64,000 nucleotides of DNA from Octopus vulgaris (lineage: Eukaryota), in NCBI GenBank assembly GCA_951406725.2, contig OX597822.1:18972001-19036000 (forward strand), read 5' to 3'. Below are positions 26,580 to 41,400 of this stretch, piece by piece. Each line of letters begins with the position of its first letter. Position 1 is the stretch's first letter. The notes beneath the pieces are model-generated. The model ran no database searches and had not been told where the DNA came from. It was given only the letters and a program-made list of their open reading frames with translations. Both the position numbers and the translations under genes were made by a program.

Positions 26580-27070
26580 AATTTACGAGATTGAGATATT
26601 ACACACAATATACGCAATTTATCAATATATTAATTAATAATAATAATATTAGGGAGTAAATCCAAACTTACAGGGAAAAATTATATTTAGGATTAAATCC
26701 AATTTTATAGTATAAATATATATTATATTAAATTAGAGATAAAACCACTATTAGGCAAATCAAACAGTGAAAATCATAAGCCAATACATAGAAAAAAATT
26801 AATTAAAAAAATATAACATATAAATATAAAAAATATAAAATATAAAATTCCAAGTTGAAATATTCAAATTAAAGTTAAAATTTTAAAAATTATTTAAATA
26901 ATTTAAACTTATAAATTTTAAATATATATATATATATATATTTTTTTTTTCATTTTTTTTTATTATTATTTCTTATTTAATTATTTTATTTTATTTATTT
27001 ATTATTTTTTTTTGTAAATTATACAACTATCAAAAAGTATTAAAAGTTTAATATGAGATAAATAGTAAAA

Positions 27071-27215
27071 ACACTATGATCGTTTCATGGCCGTAACCAA
27101 TTCGAATAACAATAATTTAAATTCAAATTATGGCTACAGTCAATAATTTAAATTCGAATTATGGTTACAGTCAATAATTTAAATTCGAATTATGGTTACA
27201 GTCAATCTTCAGGTT
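27071..27215 (-). ncRNA. HHR in the PLE2 5' pLTR (stem II expanded by ~31-bp repeats, stem III mutated)
   Basis: Same motif as 22069, with CGAUCA in place of CGAUCG and tandem caataatttaaattcgaattatggttacagt units. Confidence 0.6.
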
Positions 27216-28751
27216 AATTGTAATATTTTAATAAGTAAACAGAAATATTTAAACAATATTTTTTAGAAATAAATAATATAATAATTTTATTTATAAAACA
27301 CTCTATTATCAAACTAGAAACGTAACGATTATGATTAAATCAAAACATCAATTATAATGTTAAATATTAATTCTAATTTTTAAGTATTAATTTGTAAGGT
27401 AAGACACCCACCAATAATCTAATATCAGTAATAGTCAGTATCTAATTACATAAATATTTTACAAAAAAACTATTATATTATTAAAAATATAAAATTCAAA
27501 TAATATATAAATTATCAATGAAAATATATAAATGTATATAAATATTATAATTAAGATCTAAAATAATCTCTATAAATATATATATGCACATATAATAAAG
27601 ACCTAATAAATTAATTTTTCATATTTAAAGATGAAATAGCTAATTTCAAAACAATAAACAAACAATCTTATATGAACGCTATATCAAATTAACTATCTTT
27701 ATATCTCGTTGGCTAAATACTAACTATCAGAAATCTTATATTTAAAATACTTAAAGAAATAATCAATTCGTAGTTATATAGTATCAAATAAATACTATAA
27801 ATATATTTATCAATGGGAATAATAAATCTAGCAAATATCAATTTAAAAAGACAATAGATAAGTTAAAATGATAATTATAAGAAATTTAAAACTACAATTA
27901 ATGCTTTTAATACATGTATATACATAAACCTAACTTCAAACAACTCGTATACTTGCTATCCAACAACATATCTATTGCTAAGTAAATTCTTACGAATAAA
28001 CTTAAAGTTAATATCTCATAATTATAAAGAAAATTACGATAATTAGATCATTACATAAACAACGATATTTACATAAAAAACAATATTATTACACCATAAG
28101 ACTTGTAAAATATTAAAATTCAAAGATCTTAAATATAAGTATATATATATATACTTAGCTTAACGAGGTTTTCTTATAAACGCTGTAAAGACGTTTTCTG
28201 ATTCAAAATTTTAGTTCATCACAAAACTTTGCTAAGCTAAGTATATATATATTTATATTTAAGATCTTTGAATTTTAATATTTTATAAGTCTTATGGTGT
28301 ACTAATATTGATTTTTATGTAAATATCGTTGTTTATGTAATGATCTAATTATCGTAATTTTCTATATAATTCTAAGATATTAACTTTAAGTTTATTCGTA
28401 AGAATTTACTTAGCAATAGATACAGGTACAGCAGCAAATATATTTGTGAATACATTGCAAACAGAAAAAAAAACCAACACAAGTAATATTACATTTCTAT
28501 TTTTCTTTCTAATTTCAGCCATTCGGGAAAAGGTTAGTAGATCTTACTTTATTAAAATTCTCATCCTTATTCATCAGCTAACTTAGGGCACTGTAGATAA
28601 TAACCAGAAACAGCAAGTAACAAGTAGAATGTCATATTTATTTACATTATCATAGTTTTAAACCCCTTTGTTCAGAGTTCTCATTTTGTTAAAATAAGCA
28701 GCAAAGATATATATATGTATGCATATGTATATGTTTATATATATTTATATG

Positions 28752-28797
<46 letters not shown>

Positions 28798-29418
28798 CTT
28801 CTCTTAAGTTCAAGGAATGAATTCTCTTTATTCTTTGTCCCCACAGAAAATACTGTTTATTCTTTTTTTATTCCAATAATTTATTTTTGAAAGAAATGTC
28901 TGTTTTGCTCAGCACTGAACATCTGCGAAGGTGTCATAGCAGTTACAATAATATATTGCTTTTGTGGATGTTGTTGTTCTACTGCTCCTTGTTTAGTTGA
29001 CTTATCTGTTCTGAAATCTGTATATCTGTTATTTGCTTCTCTTTCTCTCACTCTCTCTTACTTTTTTTTTAATTTCTGTTTCTGTGTCTTGAAGAACTTC
29101 ACTTCATTCTATCCAAATATAATGCCATTTTTTTCCACAGTGTCTATTATTCTGAGAGAGTTGCATTTATAGGTATTGAATTTAGAGATGAATACATAAT
29201 GCATATTGAAGAGCAGGAAATTCCCCCCCCAAATTTTTTTTTTTTAGCAATAATGCATGATAATGCCGACAGCAGCTCTGTTGACTGCCAGATCATGTCA
29301 ATAAAGAAAATAAATCAAATAGTTCTACAGATAAAACTATACATTATATATGAAAAAAATAACTATGTTAATAATTGCTTGGGAATTGATAGTAAAGTAA
29401 ATCTCTAGTTATATAAAA

Positions 29419-32400
29419 CATAATACTGATAATGATCAGCTAGTTTCATAATACTAATAAGGATCAGCTACTTTCATAATACTAATAATGATTAGCCAGT
29501 TCCATAAAAATTATACTGATCAGCTAGTTTCATAATACTAATGATGATCAGCTAGTTTCATAATACTAATAATGATCAGCTAGTTTCATAATACTAATAA
29601 TGATTAGCTAGTTTCATAATACTAATAATGATCAGCTAGTTTCATAATACTTATAATCATCAGCTAGTTTTACAACACTAATAATGATCAGCTAATTTCA
29701 TAATACTAATAATGATCAGCTAGTTTCATAATACTAATAATGATCAGCTAGTTTCATAATACTAATAATGATTAGCCAGTTTCATAATACTGATATAGAT
29801 CAGCTAGTTTCAAAATACTAATAATGATCAGCTAGTTTCATAATACTAATAATGATTAGCTAGTTTCATAATACTAATAATGATCAGCTAGTTTCATAAT
29901 ACTTATAATCATCAGCTAGTTTTACAACACTAATAATGATCAGCTAATTTCATAATACTAATAATGATCAGTTAGTTTCGTAATACTAATAATTATCAGC
30001 TAGTTTCATAATATAAATAATGATCAGATGATTTCATAATACGTATGATGGTCAGAGAGTTTAATAATACTAATAATGATCAGCTACTTTCTTAATACTG
30101 ATATAGATCAGCTAGTTTCATAATACTAATAATGATCAGCTAGTTTCATAATACTAAAAATGGTCAGCTAGTTTCATAATACTGATAATGATCAGCTAGT
30201 TTCATAATGCTAATTAAGATCAGCTAGTTTCATAATACTAATAATGATCAGCTACTTTCATAATACTAATAATGATCAGCTAGTTTCATAATACTAATAA
30301 TGATCAGCTAGTTTCATAATACCATTAATGATCAGCTAGTTTCGTCATACTAATAATGGAAAGCTAGTTTCATAATACTAATAATAATCAGCTATTTTCA
30401 TAATACTTATAATGATCAGCTAGTTTCTTAATACTAATAATGATCGGCCAGTTTCATAATGCTAATAATGATCAGCTGGTTTCGTAATACTAATAATGAT
30501 CAGCTAGTTTCATAATGCTAATAATGATCAGCTACTTTCAAAATACTTATAAGGATTAGGTAGTTTCATAATACTAATAATGATCAGATTGTTTCATAAT
30601 GCTTATAATGATCAGCTAGTTTTATAACACATATAATGATCAGCTCGTTTCATAATACTAATAATGATCAGCTACTTTCATAATACTAATAATGATCAGC
30701 TAGTTTCATAATACTAATAATGATCAGCTACTTTCATGATACTTATAATGATCAGCTAGTTTCATAATACTAATAATGATCAGCTAGTTTCATAATACTA
30801 ATAATGATCAGATGATTTCATAATGCTTATACTGGTCAGGTAGTTTAATAACACTAATAAGGATCAGCTACTTTCTTAATACTGATATTGATCAGCTAGT
30901 TTCATCATACTGATGATGATCAGCAAGGTTCATAATACTAATGATGATCAGCTAGTTTCATAAAACTCATAATGATCAGCTAGTGTCATAATACTTTTAA
31001 TGATCAGCTAGTTTTATAACACATATAATAATCAACTAGTTTCATAATACTGATAATGATCAGCTAGTTTCATAATAGTAATAAAGATCAGCTAGTTTCA
31101 TAATACTAATAATGATCAGCTAGTTTCATAATACTAATAAAGAGCAGCTAGTTTCATAATACTAATAATGATCAGCTAGTTTCATAAAACTAATAATGAT
31201 CAGCTAGTTTCATGATACTAATAATTATCAGCTAGTTTTATAATACTAGTAAATGTCAGCTACTTTCATGATGCTAATAATAATCAACTAGTTTCCTAAT
31301 TCTAAGAATGATCAGCTAGATTCATAATACTAATAATGATCAGCTAGTTTCATAATACTAATAATGATCAGCTACTTTCATAATACTTGTAAGGATTAGC
31401 TAATTTCATAATACTAATAATGATCAGCTAGATTCATAATACTAATAATGATCAGCTACTTTCATTATACTCATAATGATCAGCTTGTTTCATAATACTA
31501 AGAATGATCAGCTTATTTCATAATGCTTATAATGGTCAGCTAGTTTCATAATACTAATAATGATCAGCTTGTTTCATAATACTAAGAATGATCAGCATAT
31601 CTCATAATGCTTATAATGGTCAGCTAGTTTCATAATACTAATAATGATCAGTTTGATTCACAATACTAATAATCATCAGCTAGCTTCATAATACTAATAA
31701 TCATCAGCTAGTTTCATAATACTTAAAATGATCAGCTTGTTTCATAATACTAATAATGATCAGCTACTTTCATAATACTTATAAGGATTAGCTAGTTTCA
31801 TAATACTAATAATGATCAGCTAGTTTCATAATACTAATAATGATCAGCTACCTTCATTATACTAATAATGATCAGCTAATTTCATAATACTAATAATGAT
31901 CAGCTAGTATCATGATCCTTATAATGACCACCTAGTTTCATAATACATATAATGATCAGCTAGTTTCATAATACTAATAATGATCAGCTTGTTTCATAAT
32001 AGTAAGAATGATCAGCTTATTTCATAATTCTTATAATGGTCAGCTAGTTTCATAATACTAATAATGATCAGTTTGATTCACAATACTAATAATCATCAGC
32101 TAGCTTCATAATACTAATATTGATCAGCTAGTTTCATGATACTTAAAATGATCAGCTTGTTTCATAATACTAATAATGATCAGCTACTTTCATAATACTT
32201 ATAAGGATTAGCTAGTTTCATAATACTAATAATGATCAGCTAGTTTCATAATACTAATAATGATCAGCTACCTTCATTATACTAATAATGATCAGCTAAT
32301 TTCATAATACTAATAATGATCAGCTAGTATCATGATCCTTATAATGATCACCTAGTTTCATAATACATATAATGATCAGCTAGTTTCATAATACTAATAA

Positions 32401-35400
32401 TGATCAGCTTGTTTCATAATACTAAGAATGATCAGCTTATTTCATAATTCTTATAATGGTCAGCTAGTTTCATAATACTAATAATGATCAGTTTGATTCA
32501 CAATACTAATAATCATCAGCTAGCTTCATAATACTAATATTGATCAGCTAGTTTCATGATACTTATAATGATCAGCTTCTTTTATAATACTAATAATGAT
32601 CACCTGGTGTCATAATACTTATAATGATCAGCTACCATCATAATACTAATAATGATCAGCTAGTTTCATAATACTAATAATGATTAACCAGTTTGATAAT
32701 ACTGATACTGATCAGCTAGTTTCATAATTCGATTGATTATCAGCTACTTTCATAATAGTAATAATGATACGCTAGTTTCATAATATTAATAATCATCAGC
32801 TACTTTCATTATACTAATAATGATCAGCTAGTTTCATACTGCTAATAATGATCAGATAATTTCATAACATGTATAATGGTCAGGTAGTTTCATAATACTA
32901 ATAATGATCAGTTATTTTCATAATACAAATAATGATCTGCTAGTTTCATAATACTAATAATCATCGGCTAGTTTCATTAAACTAATAATCATCAGCTAGT
33001 TTCATAATACTAATAATGATCAGCTGGTTTCATAATACTAAAAATTATCAGCTAGTTTTATAATACTAGTAAAGGTTGGCTAGTTTCAAAATACTAATAA
33101 TGATCAGCTAGTTTCCTAATACTAATAATGATCAGCTAGTTTCATAATACTAATAATGATCAGCTAGTTTTATAATACTTATAATGATCAGCTAGTTTCA
33201 TAATACTAATAATGATCAGCTACTTTCATCATACTGATAATGATCAGCTAGTTTTATAATACTTATAATGATCAGCTAGTTTCATAATACTAATAATGAT
33301 CAGCTACTTTCATCATACTGATAATGATCAGCTAGTTTCATAATGCTTATAATGATCAGCTATTTTCATAATACTTATAATGATCAGCTACTTTCATCAT
33401 ACTGATAATGATCAGCTAGTTTCATAATACTTATACTGATCAGCTAGTTTCATAATACTAATAATAAATGCTAGTTTCATAATACTAATAATGATCAGCT
33501 AGTTTCATAATACTAATAATGATCAGCTAGTTTCATAATACTAATAATGATCTGCTAGTTTGATAATACTAATAATGATCAGCCAGTTTCATAATACTAA
33601 TAATGGTCAGCTAGTTTCATAATACTTATAATGATCAGCTAGTTTCATAATACTAATAATGATCAGCTACTTTCATAATACTAATGATGATCACCTAATT
33701 TCATACTACTTATAATGATCAGCTAGTTTCATAATACTAATAATGATCAGCTAGTTTCATAATACTTTTAATGATCATCTACTTTCATAATACTAATAGT
33801 GATCAGCTAGCTTCATACTACTAATAATGATCAGCTAGTTTCATAACACTTATAATGATCACCTGATTTCATAATACTAATAATGATCAGCTAGCATCAT
33901 AATACTAATATTGATCACCTAGTTTCATAATACTAATAATGATTAGCCAGTTTGATAATACTGATATTGATCAGCTACTTTCATAATTCGATTGATTATC
34001 AGCTAGTTTCATAACTAATAATGATATGCTAGTTTCAAAATATTAATAATGATCAGCTACTTTCATAATACTTATAATGATCAGCTAGTTTCATACTACT
34101 AATAATCATCAGATAATTTCATAATACATATAATGGTCAGGTAGTTTCATTATACTAATAATGATCAGCTACTTTCTTAATACTGATATAGATCAGCTAG
34201 TTTCATAATACTAATAATAATCAGCTATTTTCATAATACTTATAATGATCAGCTAGTTTCTTAATACTAATAATGATCGGCCAGTTTCATAATGCTAATA
34301 ATGATCAGCTGGTTTCGTAATACTAATAATGATCAGCTAGTTTCATAATGCTAATAATGATCAGCTACTTTCAAAATACTTATAAGGATTAGGTAGTTTC
34401 ATAATACTAATAATGATCAGATTGTTTCATAATGCTTATAATGATCAGCTAGTTTTATAACACATATAATGATCAGCTCGTTTCATAATACTAATAATGA
34501 TCAGCTACTTTCATAATACTAATAATGATCAGCTAGTTTCATAATACTAATAATGATCAGCTACTTTCATGATACTTATAATTATCAGCTAGTTTCATAA
34601 TACTAATAATGATCAGCTAGTTTCATAATACTAATAATGATCAGATGATTTCATAATGCTTATACTGGTCAGGTAGTTTAATAACACTAATAAGGATCAG
34701 CTACTTTCTTAATACTGATATTGATCAGCTAGTTTCATCATACTGATGATGATCAGCAAGGTTCATAATACTAATGATGATCAGCTAGTTTCATAAAACT
34801 CATAATGATCAGCTAGTGTCATAATACTTTTAATGATCAGCTAGTTTTATAACACATATAATAATCAACTAGTTTCATAATACTAATAATGATCAGCTAG
34901 TTTCATAATAGTAATAAAGATCAGCTAGTTTCATAATACTAATAATGATCAGCTAGTTTCATAATACTAATAAAGATCAGCTAGTTTCATAATACTAATA
35001 ATGATCAGCTAGTTTCATAAAACTAATAATGATCAGCTAGTTTCATGATACTAATAATTATCAGCTAGTTTTATAATACTAGTAAATGTCAGCTACTTTC
35101 ATGATACTAATAATAATCAACTAGTTTCCTAATTCTAAGAATGATCAGCTAGATTCATAATACTAATAATGATCAGCTAGTTTCATAATACTAAAAATGA
35201 TCAGCTACTTTCATAATACTTGTAAGGATTAGCTAATTTCATAATACTTATAATGATCAGCTAGATTCATAATACTAATAATGATCAGCTACTTTCATTA
35301 TACTCATAATGATCAGCTTGTTTCATAATACTAAGAATGATCAGCTTATTTCATAATGCTTATAATGGTCAGCTAGTTTCATAATACTAATAATGATCAG

Positions 35401-38400
35401 CTTGTTTCATAATACTAAGAATGATCAGCATATCTCATAATGCTTATAATGGTCAGCTAGTTTCATAATACTAATAATGATCAGTTTGATTCACAATACT
35501 AATAATCATCAGCTAGCTTCATAATACTAATAATCATCAGCTAGTTTCATCATACTTAAAATGATCAGCTTGTTTCATAATACTAATAATGATCAGCTAC
35601 TTTCATAATACTTATAAGGATTAGCTAGTTTCATAATACTAATAATGATCAGCTAGTTTCATAATACTAATAATGATCAGCTACCTTCATTATACTAATA
35701 ATGATCAGCTAATTTCATAATACTAATAATGATCAGCTAGTATCATGATCCTTATAATGACCACCTAGTTTCATAATACATATAATGATCAGCTAGTTTC
35801 ATAATACTAATAATGATCAGCTTGTTTCATAATACTAAGAATGATCAGCTTATTTCATAATTCTTATAATGGTCAGCTAGTTTCATAATACTAATAATGA
35901 TCAGTTTGATTCACAATACTAATAATCATCAGCTAGCTTCATAATACTAATATTGATCAGCTAGTTTCATGATACTTAAAATGATCAGCTTGTTTCATAA
36001 TACTAATAATGATCAGCTACTTTCATAATACTTATAAGGATTAGCTAGTTTCATAATACTAATAATGATCAGCTAGTTTCATAATACTAATAATGATCAG
36101 CTACCTTCATTATACTAATAATGATCAGCTAATTTCATAATACTAATAATGATCAGCTAGTATCATGATCCTTATAATGATCACCTAGTTTCATAATACA
36201 TATAATGATCAGCTAGTTTCATAATACTAATAATGATCAGCTTGTTTCATAATACTAAGAATGATCAGCTTATTTCATAATTCTTATAATGGTCAGCTAG
36301 TTTCATAATACTAATAATGATCAGTTTGATTCACAATACTAATAATCATCAGCTAGCTTCATAATACTAATATTGATCAGCTAGTTTCATGATACTTATA
36401 ATGATCAGCTTCTTTTATAATACTAATAATGATCACCTGGTGTCATAATACTTATAATGATCAGCTACCATCATAATACTAATAATGATCAGCTATTTTC
36501 ATAATACTAATAATGATTAACCAGTTTGATAATACTGATACTGATCAGCTAGTTTCATAATTCGATTGATTATCAGCTACTTTCACAATAGTAATAATGA
36601 TACGCTAGTTTCATAATATTAATAATCATCAGCTACTTTCATTATACTAATAATGATCAGCTAGTTTCATACTGCTAATAATGATCAGATAATTTCATAA
36701 TATGTATAATGGTCAGGTAGTTTCATAATACTAATAATGATCAGTTATTTTCATAATACAAATAATGATCTGCTAGTTTCCTAATACTAATAATCATCGG
36801 CTAGTTTCATTAAACTAATAATCATCAGCTAGTTTCATAATACTAATAATGATCAGCTGGTTTCATAATACTAAAAATTATCAGCTAGTTTTATAATACT
36901 AGTAAAGGTTGGCTAGTTTCAAAATACTAATAATGATCAGCTAGTTTCCTAATACTAATAATGATCAGCTAGTTTCATAATACTAATAATGATCAGCTAG
37001 TTTTATAATACTTATAATGATCAGCTAGTTTCATAATACTAATAATGATCAGCTACTTTCATCATACTGATAATGATCAGCTAGTTTTCTAATACTTATA
37101 ATGATCAGCTAGTTTCATAATACTAATAATGATCAGCTACTTTCATCATACTGATAATGATCAGCTAGTTTCATAATGCTTATAATGATCAGCTAGTTTC
37201 ATAATACTTATAATGATCAGCTACTTTCATCATACTGATAATGATCAGCTAGTTTCATAATACTTATACTGATCAGCTAGTTTCATAATACTAATAATAA
37301 ATGCTAGTTTCATAATACTAATAATGATTCGCTGGTTTCATAATACTAATAATAATCGGCAAGTTTCATAATACTAATAATGATCTGCTAGTTTGATAAT
37401 ACTAATAATGATCAGCCAGTTTCATAATACTAATAATGGTCAGCTAGTTTCATAATACTTATAATGATCAGCTAGTTTCATAATACTAATAATGATCAGC
37501 TACTTTCATAATACTAATGATGATCACCTAATTTCATACTACTTATAATGATCAGCTAGTTTCATAATACTAATAATGATCAGCTAGTTTCATAATACTT
37601 TTAATGATCATCTACTTTCATAATACTAATAGTGATCAGCTAGCTTCATACTACTAATAATGATCAGCTAGTTTCATAACACTTATAATGATCACCTGAT
37701 TTCATAATACTAATAATGATCAGCTAGCATCATAATACTAATATTGATCACCTAGTTTCATAATACTAATAATGATTAGCCAGTTTGATAATACTGATAT
37801 TGATCAGCTACTTTCATAATTCGATTGATTATCAGCTAGTTTCATAACTAATAATGATATGCTAGTTTCAAAATATTAATAATGATCAGCTACTTTCATA
37901 ATACTTATAATGATCAGCTAGTTTCATACTACTAATAATGATCAGATAATTTCATAATACATATAATGGTCAGGTAGTTTCATTATACTAATAATGATCA
38001 GTTAGTTTCATAATACAAATAATGATCAGCTAGTTTCATAATACTAATAATCATCGGCTAGTTTCATAAAACTAATAATAATTTGCTAGTTTCATGAAAC
38101 TAATAATCATCAGCTAGTTTCATAATACTAATAATGATCAGCTGGTTTCATAATACTAATAATTATCAGCTAGTTTTATAATACTAGTAAAGGTCGGCTA
38201 GTTTCATGATACTAATAATGATCAAATAGTTTCCTAATTCTAATAATGATCAAGTAGATTCATAATACTAATACGGATCAGCTAGTTTCATAATACTAAT
38301 AATGACCAGCTGGTTTCATAATACTAATAATGATCAGCTAATTTCATAATACTAATAATGATCAGCTAGTTTCATAATGCTAATAATGAATACCTTGTTT

Positions 38401-41400
38401 CATAATACTAATAATGATCAGCTAGTTTCATAATACTTTTAATGATCAGCTACTTTCATAATACTAATAATGATCAGCTAATTTCATAGTACTTATAATG
38501 ATCAGCTAGTTTAAAAATACTAATAATGATCAGCTAGTTTCATAATACTAATAATGACCAGCTAATTTCATAATACTTATAATGATCAGCTAGTTTCATA
38601 TTACTAATAATGATCAGCTATTTTCATAATAGTAATAATGATCCGCTAGTTTTATAATACTAATAATGATCAGCTAGTTTCATAATACTAATAATGATCG
38701 GCTAGTTTCATAACTCTAATAACGATCAGCTAGTTTCATAATGCTTATAATGATCAGCTAGTTTCATAATACGTATAATGATCAGCTACTTTCATAATAC
38801 TAATAATGATCAGCTAGTTTCATAATACTGATAATAATCATCTAGATTCATAATATCTATAGTGATCAGCTAGTTTCATAATACTAATAGTGATCAGCTA
38901 GTTTTTTAATACTTATAATGATCAGCTAGTTTCATAATACTGATAATGATCAGCTAGTTTCATAATACTACTAATGATCAGCTAGTTTCATAATGCTAAT
39001 AATGATCAGCTAGTTTCTTAATACTAATAATGATCAGCTAGTTTCTTAGTACTAATAATGATGAGCTAGTTTCATAATACTAATAATGATCAGCTAGTTT
39101 CTTAATACTAATAATGATCAGCTAGTTTCTTAGTACTAATAATGATGAGCTAGTTTCATAATACTAATAATGATCAGCTAGTTTCTTAATACCAATTATG
39201 ATCAGCTAGTTTCATAATACTAATAATGATCAGCTAGTTTCATAATACTAATAATGATCAGCTAGTTTCTTAATACCAATTATGATCATCTAGTTTCATA
39301 ATACTAATAATGATCAGCTAGTTTCATAATACTAATAATGATCAGCTAGTTTCATAATACTGATAATGATCAGCTAGTTTCATAATACTAATAATGATCA
39401 GCTAGTTTCATAATACGTATAATGATCAGCTAATTTCATAATACTAATAATGATCAGCTAGTTTCATAATACTAATAGTGATCAGCTAGTTTCATAATAC
39501 TAATAATGATCAGCTAGTTTCATAATACTAATAATGATCAGCCACTTTCATAATACTTATATTTGTTCAGCTAATTTCATAATACTAATAATGATCAGCT
39601 AGTTTCGTAATACTAATAGTGATCAGCTAGTTTTATTATACTAATAATGATCAGCAATTTCTTAATACTAATAATGATCAGCTAGTTTCTTAATACCAAT
39701 TATGATCATCTAGTTTCATAATACTAATAATGATCAGCTAGTTTCATAATACTAATAATGATCAGCTAGTTTCTTAATACTAATAATGATCAGCTAGTTT
39801 CTTAGTACTAATAATGATGAGCTAGTTTCATAATACTAATAATGATCAGCTAGTTTCTTAATACTAATAATGATCAGCTAGTTTCTTAGTACTAATAATG
39901 ATCAGCTAGTTTCATAATACTAATAATGATCAGCTAGTTTCTTAATACTAATAATGATCAGCTAGTTTCTTAGTACTAATAATGATGAGCTAGTTTCATA
40001 ATACTAATAATGATCAGCTAGTTTCTAAATACCAATTATGATCATCTAGTTTCATAATACTAATAATGATCAGCTAGTTTCATAATACTAATAATGATCA
40101 GCTAGTTTCTTAATACTAATAATGATCAGCTAGTTTCTTAGTACTAATAATGATGAGCTAGTTTCATAATACTAATAATGATCAGCTAGTTTCTTAATAC
40201 CAATTATGATCAGCTAGTTTCATAATACTAATAATGATCAGCTAGTTTCTTAATACCAATTATGATCATCTAGTTTCATAATACTAATAATGATCAGCTA
40301 GTTTCATAATACTAATAATGATCAGCTAGTTTCTTAATACTAATAATGATCAGCTAGTTTCTTAGTACTAATAATGATGAGCTAGTTTCATAATACTAAT
40401 AATGATCAGCTAGTTTCATAATACTAATAATGATCAGCTAGTTTCTTAATACCAATTATGATCATCTAGTTTCATAATACTAATAATGATCAGCTAGTTT
40501 CATAATACTAATAATGATCAGCTAGTTTCATAATACTGATAATGATCAGCTAGTTTCATAATACTAATAATGATCAGCTAGTTTCATAATACGTATAATG
40601 ATCAGCTAATTTCATAATACTAATAATGATCAGCTCGTTTCATAATACTAATAGTGATCAGCTAGTTTCATAATACTAATAATGATCAGCTAGTTTCATA
40701 ATACTAATAATGATCAGCCACTTTCATAATACTTATATTTGTTCAGCTAATTTCATAATACTAATAATGATCAGCTAGTTTCATAATGCTAATAATGATC
40801 AGCTAGTTTCATGTTAATAATGATCAGCTAGTTTCATAATTCTAATAATGATCAGCTAGTTTCATAATACTTATATTGATCAGCTAATTTCATAATACTA
40901 ATAATGATCAGCTAGTTTCATAATACTAATTGTGATCAGCTAGTTTCATAATACCAATAATGATCAGCTAGTGTCATAATACTAATAGTGATCAGCTAGT
41001 TTCATAATACTAATAATGATCAGCTAGTTTTTAATAGTTATAATGATCAGCATGTTTCATAAATACTGATAATGATCAGCTAGTTTTATAATACTAATAA
41101 TGATCAGCTAGTTTCATAGTACTTATAATGATCATCTAGTTTCATATTACTAATAATGATCAGCTAGTTTCATAATACTAATAGTGATCAGCTAGTTTCA
41201 TAATACTAATAATGATCAGCTAGTTTCATAATACTAATAATGATCAGCCACTTTCATAATACTTATATTTGTTCAGCTAATTTCATAATACTAATAATGA
41301 TCAGCTAGTTTCATAATGCTAATAATGATCAGCTAGTTTCATGTTAATAATGATCAGCTAGTTTCATAATACTAATAATGATCAGCTAGTTTCATAATAC

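Larger units (their letters stand above)
21439..28422 (-). mobile_element. Penelope-like retroelement 2 (Nematis-like) with direct pseudo-LTRs and a 5' inverted pLTR segment
   Basis: Direct repeats 21439-~23112 and 26645-~28170 flank the decayed ORF. 28172-28422 is the reverse complement of ~22917-23166. Each pLTR contains an HHR. Clade call is from motif recall. Confidence 0.88.
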
